From an uncultured Planctomycetaceae bacterium (lineage in GTDB: Bacteria > Planctomycetota > Planctomycetia > Planctomycetales > Planctomycetaceae), in assembly GCA_963976765.1 (NCBI GenBank), contig CAXBME010000007.1, forward strand, positions 124,001 through 188,000: a stretch of DNA of 64,000 bases. The letters are read 5' to 3'. How positions within the stretch are numbered: the first letter of the stretch is position 1; each line of letters starts with the position of its first letter. Positions 40,788 to 53,058 of the stretch are shown here, piece by piece. The notes beneath the pieces were generated by a model. That model saw only the letters and a list, made by a program, of their open reading frames with translations, searched no databases and had not been told where the DNA came from. Position numbers and translations under genes: made by a program.

Positions 40788-41207
40788 ATGAGCGATCGAT
40801 TCCGCTACTCGTATTTTTCGGTTGTCTTTGCAAACGGGTGGGATGCAAGAATCCGTGACCCAGAAGGCTACCCCTCCATCGCTATCGCCCCATTCGACAA
40901 TGACGTCCAACTCTGTTTGTCCCCCAAGACGTTAGCACTCGACGGTCAGCATTGGGTGCAACATATTGCTGACCTCAACCGCAAGAACCGTCGAGTTGTA
41001 TTTCCTGTGGAGTGCGGCGAGTTCAGCGGGTATGTAGTCCCTTGGAAAATTCGGAACCTATGGGGACAAAGCTGGGCGCTTCATAGTCGAGGTGCAGCAA
41101 TCGAGGCAATGTACCATTGCGAAGAAGAACTACGTGGACGAGACGATTATGCAGTCTCAGATATCCTCGCTTCTTTGAGATATGAGCCTGAAGCTTGTGA
41201 TTCATAA
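40788..41207 (+). CDS. Hypothetical protein
   Basis: ATG-started 139-aa ORF filling the gap between co-oriented genes; no recognised motif. Confidence 0.5.
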   Translation: MSDRFRYSYFSVVFANGWDARIRDPEGYPSIAIAPFDNDVQLCLSPKTLALDGQHWVQHIADLNRKNRRVVFPVECGEFSGYVVPWKIRNLWGQSWALHSRGAAIEAMYHCEEELRGRDDYAVSDILASLRYEPEACDS

Positions 41208-41283
41208 CGCTCGGATTCGGGCGTCTTCAAACATTGGTTGCAACGAGCAGCCTTTCTTTTCCAAGCCAACTTGAAGGCAACCG

Positions 41284-42156
41284 ATGAGCAGCACCATGAA
41301 TGACCGCACAGTTCTAATTACGGGCGGCACGCGAGGCATCGGCAAAGGGATTGGGCTGCGAGCCGCTCGCGACGGCGCGAACGTCGTCATTCTTGGAAAA
41401 ACGACTGAGCTACACCCAAGTCTTCCGGGAACGATCTACTCGGCCGCCGAAGAGATAGAAGCCGCAGGCGGAAAAGCATTGGCGATTCCGTGCGACCTGC
41501 GAAACGACGAGCAGGTGGAAGCCGCGGTTGCTCAAACAGTCGAACGCTTCGGCGGAATCGACATCCTTGTCAACAATGCCAGCGCGATCTTTCTTGCCGG
41601 AACGCTGCAGACTCCGATGAAACGTTTCGACCTGATGCATCAGGTGAATACTCGCGCAACATTTCTGGCGAGCCAGCTTTGCCTGCCGCATCTGCTGAAA
41701 TCATCGAACCCGCACATCCTCTGTCTCGCTCCGCCCGTCGACATGGACAAAGGCTGGTTCGCCGGCACGCTGCCTTACACGCTGGCCAAGTACGGCATGA
41801 GCCTCTGCGTCCTCGGTCTGTCGCAGGAGTTTTCCCGACAGGGCATCGCCGTCAACGCTCTATGGCCGGAAACCGGTATCGCGACCGCCGCTGTCGCGAA
41901 TCTACTCGGAGGCGAAGCTGCCGTGCAGTGCTGCCGCAAACCCGAGATCGTCGCGGACGCCGCTCGTGAGATCCTGACTCGCAACAGCCGGGAATGCACC
42001 GGTAACTTTTTTATCGATTCGGAAGTTCTCACTGAAGCCGGGATCACAGATTTTGATCAATACGCGATAACGCCTGGTGCGCCGCTGATGCCCGACTTCT
42101 TCCTCGGGAAGCCCGACTTTGCCGCCCTTTCTAAATTGCTGCACAGCGACGAATGA
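41284..42156 (+). CDS. Short-chain dehydrogenase/reductase (HSDL2-like)
   Basis: TGGTRGIG, NNASAI, YTLAKYGMS, NALWP. Confidence 0.92.
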   Translation: MSSTMNDRTVLITGGTRGIGKGIGLRAARDGANVVILGKTTELHPSLPGTIYSAAEEIEAAGGKALAIPCDLRNDEQVEAAVAQTVERFGGIDILVNNASAIFLAGTLQTPMKRFDLMHQVNTRATFLASQLCLPHLLKSSNPHILCLAPPVDMDKGWFAGTLPYTLAKYGMSLCVLGLSQEFSRQGIAVNALWPETGIATAAVANLLGGEAAVQCCRKPEIVADAAREILTRNSRECTGNFFIDSEVLTEAGITDFDQYAITPGAPLMPDFFLGKPDFAALSKLLHSDE

Positions 42157-42227
42157 TTCGCGACACGGATCGCTTCCTGAAATGACACGATTCGTTCACT
42201 CAGCATCTGAATAACGAGGGTTCGACC

Positions 42228-42401
42228 TTGAAGAGTATCAGTGCCTCAATCGTCATTTTCGCGGGCGTCGCCGCGATGACCGCCTGCGGATTCATTTCCC
42301 ACGGAGACACTCAAGCCTTCGTCGGAATTATGGGCGGCGGAGTTACGTTTGTCGGTTTCGCAGTGTGGTTCCGGACGCTCCAACAGCACAATGCTGACTG
42401 A
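42228..42401 (+). CDS. Small two-TM membrane protein (57 aa, below the ORF track cutoff)
   Basis: TTG start after GAGGG; (M)KSISASIVIFAGVAAMTACGFISHGDTQAFVGIMGGGVTFVGFAVWFRTLQQHNAD. Confidence 0.55.
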   Translation: MKSISASIVIFAGVAAMTACGFISHGDTQAFVGIMGGGVTFVGFAVWFRTLQQHNAD

Positions 42402-42436
42402 CCGAAGGCGCGGGGCTGTCTGCCGAAGTCATTCTG

Positions 42437-45007
<2,571 letters not shown>

Positions 45008-45142
45008 GAGTCAATCCTTGAATCGTGAATCAATCAGCGAAAGGTCCCCACTTCGGTCGAGTCAGACGACACAAAAGCAGGAGACGACGGACGAAAGATC
45101 TATTCCCGCCCGCCGCCAATCCGTACGGAGAGCAAACGGCGA

Positions 45143-46885
45143 CTACCGAGCCGACGCGACCTGCGGAGTTGGTGCGACCAGTGATTTCAGAAACGAAATC
45201 ACCTGGAAGCGTTCCGCGTCAGACAATGCGAAGAATTGTTGTGCTGAGCGAGCCGATTCGCCGCCGTGCATCGCGATGGCCTGCTCAAGGTTCTCAGCAC
45301 GACCGTCGTGCAGGTAAGGAGCGGAATCCCGGACACCCCACAGCGCCGGGGTTCGCCATTCCTGACGAGTCGCTCCGGTCACCTGTCTGGATTCCCGAGT
45401 CTGCTGCGTCGGCAGGCCGATCGGGTCGATAATGTCGCCTTCGGGCGTCGAGTTCGGGATGAAGACGTCGTAGCTGCCGGTGTCGCCGAGTTCTCCGCCC
45501 ATATCATGCAGCAGCAGATCGCTGAAAATCCCGGCAACTTCGCCAACATTTTCGACGTGACAATCAGCACAGCCGACTCTGGCAAACAACGCATGACCGC
45601 CTTTGATGTACCCTTCGTCGATCTCGTCGCCGAACAGGCGTTGTTGCGGAGTCGGCAATTCGGTGATGTACTCAATCAGTGCGTCGCACTGAGCCTGGTT
45701 CAGGTCCAGTCCCGCCGGTATGTAGTCAGCATTCTGAGGATGGCCGGCCTGCGGATGATCGGGCACGTTGAGCCCAACTTCGACCGCACAAGCCGTCATC
45801 ACAAAACTGTCGAGACGTGCTTTCTGAGCCTTCCAGCCGAACCGGCCAGCGGAACCGTCTTTCAACCGAGCCACTCGGCCACTGACGACTTTGTTCTTCG
45901 CCTGAGCCGCTTCCAGTTCTTCCAGAATGCTCGTCGGAATTGAGTCAATCAAACCCGCTCCGAATAAAGCGGTCGTATTTCGCTGAGACCTCGTGATGAC
46001 AAAGTTGCCCTGCCGCGACGATGCGTTCATGCCCCGCTGCCTGGCCACCTGCACCTGCTGCCTGAGCTGTGCCATGACTGTTGCACCGTTGCTTCGTTGT
46101 GTTCTGGTTGTCGGTGCTTCCTCGGCTGCCGCAACCTGTGGGGCAAACATCTGCACCTCGACACCCAGCCGTTGCTGCGAGCCGAACGGCATTCCTGCAA
46201 CCTGGCTCCGCCAGTTTTCGTATCCGGAAAATGTCGCCCCTTTGTGGAGTACAACGCTGTTTGCAAACGCAAATCCCGGGTGCAGCTTCGTCAGCACCTT
46301 CCGGTCTGCTTCCATCTGCATTTTGCGAAGCTCGGCCTGCTTCTTTTGTTCCGCAGCCGCACGCTCGGCAGGAGTAAGCTGCGGCTCATCGGCTTCCGAA
46401 GTCGCCGGTTGAACGTCGTGATTCGCGGCGGCTTGAGCGGGGATACTGTCCAGATTTCCGAATACCGACTGAAAGACAATTCCTGGCAGCGTCTGAGGAA
46501 TGTTGAACCGCTCCGCCTGCTGTCGCTGATGCTGCTGCGGAGCGTGGAAGGCCGTCACGATGTCGACGTTCTTGCTGGCCGGCCCGGCACCGCCTGTTCC
46601 GCCCTGGTTGTGACACGCGACGCACGAACTGTCGTTGAACACAGGGCCGAGCCCGTCGCCACCATGCGATCGCCGATCGCCAGGGATCCACTCGCGAGTA
46701 AAAATTTCCGCACCATCGATCGATGCCTGCACCGCCTCGGCAGATTGCGAGCCTCGCGTCTGGACAGGCTCGTCGGCAGCGTTCGCCGCGCTGTTCAAGC
46801 CGAAGATGCCGAGAACAGTCAGAGCAGCCAACGCTGCGGAGTGCTTTCTGAAATGCACCCATCGAGTCAGCAGTAAATACGACAT
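45143..46885 (-). CDS. Di-heme oxidoreductase (DHOR-like) cytochrome c protein
   Basis: GDGLGPVFN, CVACH, GRFGWKA, CADCH, SDLLLHDMG, WRTPALWG, YLHDGRA. Confidence 0.88.
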   Translation of the reverse strand: MSYLLLTRWVHFRKHSAALAALTVLGIFGLNSAANAADEPVQTRGSQSAEAVQASIDGAEIFTREWIPGDRRSHGGDGLGPVFNDSSCVACHNQGGTGGAGPASKNVDIVTAFHAPQQHQRQQAERFNIPQTLPGIVFQSVFGNLDSIPAQAAANHDVQPATSEADEPQLTPAERAAAEQKKQAELRKMQMEADRKVLTKLHPGFAFANSVVLHKGATFSGYENWRSQVAGMPFGSQQRLGVEVQMFAPQVAAAEEAPTTRTQRSNGATVMAQLRQQVQVARQRGMNASSRQGNFVITRSQRNTTALFGAGLIDSIPTSILEELEAAQAKNKVVSGRVARLKDGSAGRFGWKAQKARLDSFVMTACAVEVGLNVPDHPQAGHPQNADYIPAGLDLNQAQCDALIEYITELPTPQQRLFGDEIDEGYIKGGHALFARVGCADCHVENVGEVAGIFSDLLLHDMGGELGDTGSYDVFIPNSTPEGDIIDPIGLPTQQTRESRQVTGATRQEWRTPALWGVRDSAPYLHDGRAENLEQAIAMHGGESARSAQQFFALSDAERFQVISFLKSLVAPTPQVASAR

Positions 46886-47111
46886 CTCCCGCCCCTTTGT
46901 GTTGAAGCCAGTTTGTGCTCGGCAGCTTCCGATGCGAGCGTACGACTCGCCGACTGGCCTGGCAACAGGAGTCGGCGAATTCTGGGGCGTAGTTACCGAT
47001 GTTTTACAACAGGCAAAATTGAAAAAATTCAGATTCGCTGCCAACCAACCGTCTCAAATTCGACGGAGCGGTGCCTGATGTTGTTCCGGCCGGCTTCAAT
47101 CAGTCGGATTT

Positions 47112-48449
47112 TCAGTTGGCGGTTGGGGACGCGGCGACTCGCAGGTTGCGGAAACTCAGGTCGGTTGTCGGATCATGTCCTTGCAGGCTGATCGGGCCGG
47201 CTTCGACTTTGGAGCCTCGACGAGGATTCGCGTCCGCGGGGCGAGTGTCTTCCCAGTCGGTGACCTGGAAACCGTTGACCCAGGCGGCGACGCGCGGGCC
47301 GTGAGCGATCAGGGTCATGGTGAACCACTCGTGATCGTTCGGGACGACCCATCTGGCTTTTGTGCGGCGGAAGATGGCTCCCGTGCCGGCGTCGTCTTTC
47401 GGCTGAGTTCGATCGTTGTTCGCAAACACGTTTTCAATCTGAAGTTCGTAGCCGTGCGACGGTGCTTCTTCGGTGCCGGGGATGAGTCGGAAGAAGACTC
47501 CGCTGTTGAGGCCGTCGCCGTTTGTCTTTGCTTCGAATTGGAGGACGAAGTTGGACCAGGCGTCGTCGGATTCCAGAAATCCTGGCCCGTTGCTGACGGA
47601 GATGGCTTCGTCGGCAACGGCGAATTCGCTTTTTGATCCGGCGACTGAATGCCAGCCCGTCAGGTCTTTGCCGTTGAAGATTGACTTCGTGCTCAGAGGC
47701 TTCACGAAGACGTTTCGAAATTTGACGAGGCCAGCGTTTTTCTGCAGGCCGATTCGTCCGCTGGCCAGAAAGTTCTCGGTTTCGTCTTGAAAGTCGAGCA
47801 CGGCCTCGCCGTCGAGGCTTGCGGTGAAATGGTTGCCTTCGACTTTGATGACCGCCGTTCGCCATTTCTCTTCGCCGAGCGATCTGGCGATCGGTTCCGT
47901 ACGGCCGACCAGGCTGCCGGTTCCAAACTGGTCGCGCGAGTCGAAGATGTTGAACTCGTAGCAGTCTTTGGTGGGGTTGGTCGGTTCGGGCGCGCACCGC
48001 AGGAAGATGCCGCTGTTGCCGCCTTCCGCAACCCAGTAGTCGCAGCGAAGTTCGAAGTCTGCAAACGGAACGTTCGTCAGCAGCAGGCCGGGTTCGCCTT
48101 TGCTGGCTTCGATGAGGCCGTCGTCGGTGATGTGCCAGTCGACGTCGTTGGTGGGCGTCCATCCGGCGAGCGTCTGTCCGTCGAAAAGCTGAATCCAGCC
48201 GTCGCGAATTTCGTCTTCGGAAAGAAGTAGCTTGGGTTCGTTTTTCAGAGGTAAGGCAGTGGGCTCCTTTGGTGGCGTCGGCTTTGACGCAGACTTCGAT
48301 TCATTTGGCGATGATTCGTCCGTGGCAACGGTCGTCGTTGCTGGCGAAGCAGACGGACCTGCCTCAGGAGTTTCGGAACCGCAGCCACTCAGGCCGACAG
48401 TGCCCGACACAAGAATACTCAGGAGCAGAAACTTTGAGGCGAGGTTCAT
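47112..48449 (-). CDS. Lipoprotein with tandem DUF1080 (3-keto-disaccharide hydrolase-like) domains
   Basis: Lipobox LSGC; LFDGQTLAGW/IFNGKDLTGW, GNSGIF/LNSGVF, GPISLQGH, FRN. Confidence 0.88.
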   Translation of the reverse strand: MNLASKFLLLSILVSGTVGLSGCGSETPEAGPSASPATTTVATDESSPNESKSASKPTPPKEPTALPLKNEPKLLLSEDEIRDGWIQLFDGQTLAGWTPTNDVDWHITDDGLIEASKGEPGLLLTNVPFADFELRCDYWVAEGGNSGIFLRCAPEPTNPTKDCYEFNIFDSRDQFGTGSLVGRTEPIARSLGEEKWRTAVIKVEGNHFTASLDGEAVLDFQDETENFLASGRIGLQKNAGLVKFRNVFVKPLSTKSIFNGKDLTGWHSVAGSKSEFAVADEAISVSNGPGFLESDDAWSNFVLQFEAKTNGDGLNSGVFFRLIPGTEEAPSHGYELQIENVFANNDRTQPKDDAGTGAIFRRTKARWVVPNDHEWFTMTLIAHGPRVAAWVNGFQVTDWEDTRPADANPRRGSKVEAGPISLQGHDPTTDLSFRNLRVAASPTAN

Positions 48450-48740
48450 AGCGAAGGTCTCGGTAAGTGTACGAAGTCGGTGAGTTGACGAGCGGATCCA
48501 GCAGAGACTGTAGCGTGGTTTGGAGCGGGTTGACAAAGCGCCGAAGCGTCGTCAAAACAGCCGCGCTCACAGGTCGTGTAAGAAAGCGATCGTCGCTCAG
48601 CGTGAAGTTTTGCTGAACTTCTGCTTGAGCCTTATCGACATTTATCGGGATCGGTCGTCCTCCGCGAGACGTCGAGGTATCGGCCACCCACTTCCTTTAA
48701 AGGCGTCAATAACGACGCGGCAACCACGGAGAGTTTCAGT

Positions 48741-48959
48741 ATGAGTGGACCCATCGTCCGAACCGGCACAACGCCAGAATTCTGGGCCAACTACGACCAG
48801 GTTTTCGGTAACAAGAAAGCTACAAAGAAAAAGGCAGCGAAGAAAAAGGCAGCCAGTGCGGCAGGCACCAAAAAGAAGGCGACGAAGAAAGCTGCCGTGA
48901 AAAAGAAGGCTGCTGCGAAGAAACCAGCAAAGAAAAAGGCTGCCAAAAAGAAAAAATAG
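48741..48959 (+). CDS. Small Lys/Ala-rich histone H1-like protein
   Basis: 24-aa head plus KKKAA repeats (25 Lys in 72 aa); GGAG RBS; followed by a terminator. Confidence 0.8.
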   Translation: MSGPIVRTGTTPEFWANYDQVFGNKKATKKKAAKKKAASAAGTKKKATKKAAVKKKAAAKKPAKKKAAKKKK

Positions 48960-49001
48960 AGATCGCGCTGAGCGATCGACTGCTTGCTTGATTGAAATTA
49001 G

Positions 49002-49040
49002 AACGCCCGGTGACTTGAAAAAGTTGTCGGGCGTTTTTTG
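49002..49040 (+). terminator. Intrinsic terminator
   Basis: AACGCCCGGTGACTT-GAAA-AAGTTGTCGGGCGTT-TTTT. Confidence 0.75.
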
Positions 49041-49055
49041 TAGTTGGAAATTATT

Positions 49056-49120
49056 TAGCCACGGATGGGCACGGATATTTCGGGATGTCATCCGTGCCAA
49101 TCGGTGTGTATCCGTGGCTA
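49056..49120. repeat. Nested CACGGAT/ATCCGTG inverted repeat element, family C
   Basis: TAGCCACGGAT/ATCCGTGGCTA (perfect 11 bp) enclosing GGCACGGAT/ATCCGTGCC. Confidence 0.75.
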
Positions 49121-49226
49121 TGTTCTTGCCTGTTTTGACGACGACCATCAGATTTGACGGTCGAATTGAAGGCGGTGATACTCGGGGGCAATCGTTTTCG
49201 AATTCGTAACCGGAGATTTGATTCGT

Positions 49227-50600
49227 ATGGCCAGCTTTGATGATCGCCGACTCGGACGTTGTCTTACTTTCCTGTTTTGGGCCATTTGTTGCTCGGGGAT
49301 GCTCGCGCAGGCTGCGAATGCTCGGCAGCCGAATGTCGTTTTGATTTACACGGACGATCAAGGCTCGGTCGATGTGAACTGCTACGGGGCGAAGGATTTG
49401 ATCACTCCGTCGCTGGATGATCTGGCGACTCGCGGGGTGAGGTTTACTCAGTTTTATGCGGCGGCTCCGGTTTGTTCGCCGTCGAGGGCCGCGATGCTGA
49501 CGGGCAGGGTGCCTCAGCGAGCGGGCGTGCCGGGGAATGTTTCGTCGACCCATGGAGCGTCCGGGATGCCGACCGAACAGGTCACGATTGCCGAGATGAT
49601 GAAGAAGGCCGGGTATGCGACCGGCCATGTCGGCAAGTGGCATCTTGGCTACACGCCGGAAACGATGCCGAACGGGCAGGGGTTTGATTCGTCGTTCGGG
49701 CACATGGGCGGGTGTATCGATAACTGGTCGCACTTTTTCTACTGGCAGGGGCCGAATCGTCACGATCTCTGGCAGAACGGCGAGCACATCTGGCGAGACG
49801 GTGAGTTCTTTCCGGACCTGATGGTTCAGCAGGGGCACGAATTCATCGAGCAGAACAAGGATCAGCCGTTTTTCCTCTATTGGGCGATCAATCTGCCGCA
49901 CTACCCGCTGCAGGGAACGGACAAGTGGCGGAAGAAGTACGAGCACCTGCCGGCTCCGCGGCGAATGTACAACGCATTTGTGTCGACGATGGACGAATCG
50001 ATCGGCAAGCTGCTGGCGAAGCTCGACGAGCTGAAGCTTCGCGAAGACACGATCGTCATTTTTCAGTCGGACCACGGGCACTCTCACGAGGAGCGGACAT
50101 TTGGCGGCGGCGGAAGTGCCGGGCCGTATCGCGGAGCCAAATTCAGCCTGTTTGAAGGCGGAATCCGAGTTCCGGCGATGATTTCCTGGTCGGGAAAACT
50201 GCCGGCGGGAGAAGTGAGGAGTCAGCTGGCAACGGCCTGCGACTGGATGCCGACCATCGCTGAGCTGGCGGGTGTGGAGCGTCCTGATCGAAAGCTCGAC
50301 GGACGCAGCATTGCGAAAGTAATTCAGTCTTCGGACGCAGACTCGCCACACAAGCAGTTTCACTGGCAGAGTGGCGGCGGAAAGAATCCTCAGTGGGCTG
50401 TCCGAGACGGCGATTGGAAGCTGATCGGCAATCCTCGCGACACGAGTAACAAGGCTCCGATTGGGAAAGGCGACTCGCGGTTCCTGGTGAATCTGGCCGA
50501 TGACCTGTCCGAGATGAAGAATCTGGCGGGTGAAAATCCGGAGATTGTCGGCCGGCTCGAAAAACTGCATGACGCGTGGGAGAAGGACGTCAGCAAGTGA
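49227..50600 (+). CDS. Sulfatase (formylglycine-dependent, Cys type)
   Basis: PNVVLIYTDDQG, CSPSRAAMLTGR, GKWHLG, SDHG, EGGIRVP. Confidence 0.95.
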   Translation: MASFDDRRLGRCLTFLFWAICCSGMLAQAANARQPNVVLIYTDDQGSVDVNCYGAKDLITPSLDDLATRGVRFTQFYAAAPVCSPSRAAMLTGRVPQRAGVPGNVSSTHGASGMPTEQVTIAEMMKKAGYATGHVGKWHLGYTPETMPNGQGFDSSFGHMGGCIDNWSHFFYWQGPNRHDLWQNGEHIWRDGEFFPDLMVQQGHEFIEQNKDQPFFLYWAINLPHYPLQGTDKWRKKYEHLPAPRRMYNAFVSTMDESIGKLLAKLDELKLREDTIVIFQSDHGHSHEERTFGGGGSAGPYRGAKFSLFEGGIRVPAMISWSGKLPAGEVRSQLATACDWMPTIAELAGVERPDRKLDGRSIAKVIQSSDADSPHKQFHWQSGGGKNPQWAVRDGDWKLIGNPRDTSNKAPIGKGDSRFLVNLADDLSEMKNLAGENPEIVGRLEKLHDAWEKDVSK

Positions 50601-50754
50601 GTTTTCCGGCTGGCTACTGGCGAATTCGGACGGTCTGATTGCGAGATCTCATTCTGTCCGTTAAGCAGTGCGCTGGCCTGCGGTTGGCTTCTGGCTGAGT
50701 GGCTGAATTGACGTAGCCGCCGCGTTCTCACTCTACGATTGACGGATTGTGACC

Positions 50755-51900
50755 ATGTCGAGCGAAATTGAATCCCGCCTCGCGACCATCGAGGAAAAAG
50801 TCCACGCTGAAGAACGATTGTCGTTTGACGATGGTCTTTTTCTGGAAGAACACGTCGACGTGCTGACGCTCGGCCAACTGGCGAACACAGTGCGGGAGCG
50901 GAAGAACGGAAACCTCGCGTACTACAACACCAACATTCATCTGAACCCGACGAATGTCTGCGTTTATCGCTGTGTTTTCTGTGCATTCCGGTCGGATCTG
51001 AAGGCGGAAAAGGCCTACACTTTTACGGACGACATGGTCCGCGAGCGGGCTCTGGAAGCTCGTGCTCAGGGGGCGACCGAGATTCACGTCGTCGGCGGGC
51101 TGCATCACCAGAAGCCGTTTCAGTGGTACGTCGACGTCGTACGAGTCATTCACGAAACTTGCCCGGAACTGCACATTAAGGCATGGACAGGCGTTGAGAT
51201 TAACTGGTTCAGCCACCTCACAAAGAAGCCGTACAAATGGTGCCTTGAGCAGCTCATTGAGGCCGGCCTGGGCAGTATGCCGGGCGGTGGGGCGGAGATT
51301 TTCGATGAGGAAGTCCGGTCCCAGATCTGCGAGCACAAAGCGGATTCTCAGTCGTGGATCGACATCCATCGAGACGCTCATCAGCTCGGGCTGCGGACCA
51401 ACGCGACGATGCTTTACGGCCATGTTGAACAGGCCAGGCATCGCATCGATCATCTGTGCAAACTGCGGGAATTGCAGGACGAAACGGGCGGCTTTCAGAC
51501 ATTCATCCCACTGGCATTCCACCCGGATAACACTGGTCTGGACCACATTCCGAAGCCCAGCGGTCTGCAGGATTTGAAGACAATCGCGATCTCACGGCTG
51601 ATGCTCGATAACTTCGACCATATCAAGGCCTACTGGATCATGCTCGGTGAGAAGATCGCCCAGACGGCACTCAGTTTCGGGGCGGACGATCTTGACGGCA
51701 CGGTAGTGCATGAGCTGATCTATCACGACGCCGGGGCCGAGACTCCTGAAGGTATTACGGTCGAGCATTTGCACGCCTTAATCCGCGAAGCCGGGCGGGA
51801 ACCGGTCGAGCGAGACACGCTCTATCGACGCGTCATTCGAAACGGAGCAAAATGGCACGTCGGTGAATCGCTCGCGTCTGACGTCGCTGTGACCGTTTGA
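50755..51900 (+). CDS. mqnE: Aminofutalosine synthase MqnE (radical SAM; MqnC/CofH family)
   Basis: NPTNVCVYRCVFCAF, EIHVVGGLH, MPGGGAEIF, NATMLYGH, HIKAYWIM, GADDLDGT. Confidence 0.88.
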   Translation: MSSEIESRLATIEEKVHAEERLSFDDGLFLEEHVDVLTLGQLANTVRERKNGNLAYYNTNIHLNPTNVCVYRCVFCAFRSDLKAEKAYTFTDDMVRERALEARAQGATEIHVVGGLHHQKPFQWYVDVVRVIHETCPELHIKAWTGVEINWFSHLTKKPYKWCLEQLIEAGLGSMPGGGAEIFDEEVRSQICEHKADSQSWIDIHRDAHQLGLRTNATMLYGHVEQARHRIDHLCKLRELQDETGGFQTFIPLAFHPDNTGLDHIPKPSGLQDLKTIAISRLMLDNFDHIKAYWIMLGEKIAQTALSFGADDLDGTVVHELIYHDAGAETPEGITVEHLHALIREAGREPVERDTLYRRVIRNGAKWHVGESLASDVAVTV

Positions 51901-51980
51901 ATTTCACCGCAATTTAACGTGTTGAACAGTTGGATGGAGTCTCTGAAGGCACCGTCGTTACCTGCGGATTGGGTCTCGCG

Positions 51981-52874
51981 ATGAGCAGTTCAGCTATCGA
52001 AGAAAAACGCGACAGGCTGCTACGGATTCTGCAGGGTTACGAATCTGTCGTCGTCGCATTTTCGGCTGGCGTTGACAGTACCGTCCTCGCAAAAGCCGCT
52101 GCCCTTGCCTGTGGAGACAATGCCGTTGCAGTGACGGCGCTCAGCCCAAGCCTTGCGTCTGGCGAACTCGATCAGGCTCGCGAACTTGCCAAATTGATTG
52201 GAATTCGCCACGAAATCGTCAAAACCGACGAATTCAAAAACCCTGCCTACCTGGCCAATCCGGCCAACCGCTGTTATTTCTGCAAAACCGAGCTGTACGG
52301 TCACCTTGGTCCACTCGCAGAAAAGATGGGCATTAAAGTCGTTGTTAACGGCGCAAACCTCGACGACCAGGGTGACTACCGGCCAGGTATGGTGGCTGCT
52401 GCTGAAAATTCTGTATCCAGCCCCCTCGTTGACGCAGAATTCTCGAAGGCACACGTTCGAGAGTTAGCCAAATTATGGGGGCTTCCAGTCTGGGACAAAC
52501 CTGCTACGCCGTGCCTGTCCAGTCGAATTGCTTATGGCGTCGAAGTGACCCCCGAACGGGTTTCCATGATCGACGCCGCTGAACGGTTTCTGTCGCAACT
52601 AACTGGAGTCACACAACTTCGAGTTCGCCTCGAGTATCAGGACCTCGCTCGAGTTGAGGTGCCGCTCGGTCAGTTTGCTGCTATCACTGAGCCGGCGGCA
52701 GCCAGCGCTATCGTTACAAAACTGCTGAGCCTTGGCTTTCGTAACGTCACACTGGATCTTCAGGGGTTCCGATCAGGCAGCATGAATTCTGTCCTTCGGG
52801 ACGTCCCGAATCTGGTGCCACTCAGTAACTTCTCGCAAGAGGACTGGCAGCCTGCTGAGCTTGAGCAAGGCTGA
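51981..52874 (+). CDS. larE: LarE-family ATP-dependent sulfur insertase (PP-loop)
   Basis: AFSAGVDS PP-loop, NRCYFCK, DYRPG, PCLSSRIAYG, GFRSGSMN. Confidence 0.88.
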   Translation: MSSSAIEEKRDRLLRILQGYESVVVAFSAGVDSTVLAKAAALACGDNAVAVTALSPSLASGELDQARELAKLIGIRHEIVKTDEFKNPAYLANPANRCYFCKTELYGHLGPLAEKMGIKVVVNGANLDDQGDYRPGMVAAAENSVSSPLVDAEFSKAHVRELAKLWGLPVWDKPATPCLSSRIAYGVEVTPERVSMIDAAERFLSQLTGVTQLRVRLEYQDLARVEVPLGQFAAITEPAAASAIVTKLLSLGFRNVTLDLQGFRSGSMNSVLRDVPNLVPLSNFSQEDWQPAELEQG

Positions 52875-52974
52875 AGCTACGACCAAATCGCGTCTAACGT
52901 TCGTCGCCTATGCAGCCGATAAGGCTTACTTCAGATTGAGTCCGAACTTTCTGCATGGATCTCTTCCCGGTTCG

Positions 52975-53010
52975 TTGACACTCTGAGATTTCGTCAATAG
53001 TATCCCCGCT
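52975..53010 (+). promoter_or_regulatory. Near-consensus sigma70 promoter of the S10 operon
   Basis: TTGACA-N17-TAGTAT followed by discriminator CCCCGC, 55 nt upstream of the rpsJ ATG. Confidence 0.8.
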
Positions 53011-53058
53011 TTCCCGCACAGGTTCGCGGGGTCGGACAGCGTCTAAAGGCAGTGTGAG

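Noticed and set aside
48530..48555. TTGAC...GTCAA palindrome as the same operator as at the S10 promoter
   Set aside because: The spacer is 16 rather than 13 nt; more simply explained as divergent -35 elements or chance.
48642..50570. 642-aa minus-strand ORF
   Set aside because: Antisense shadow of the sulfatase and H1-like genes; no motifs.
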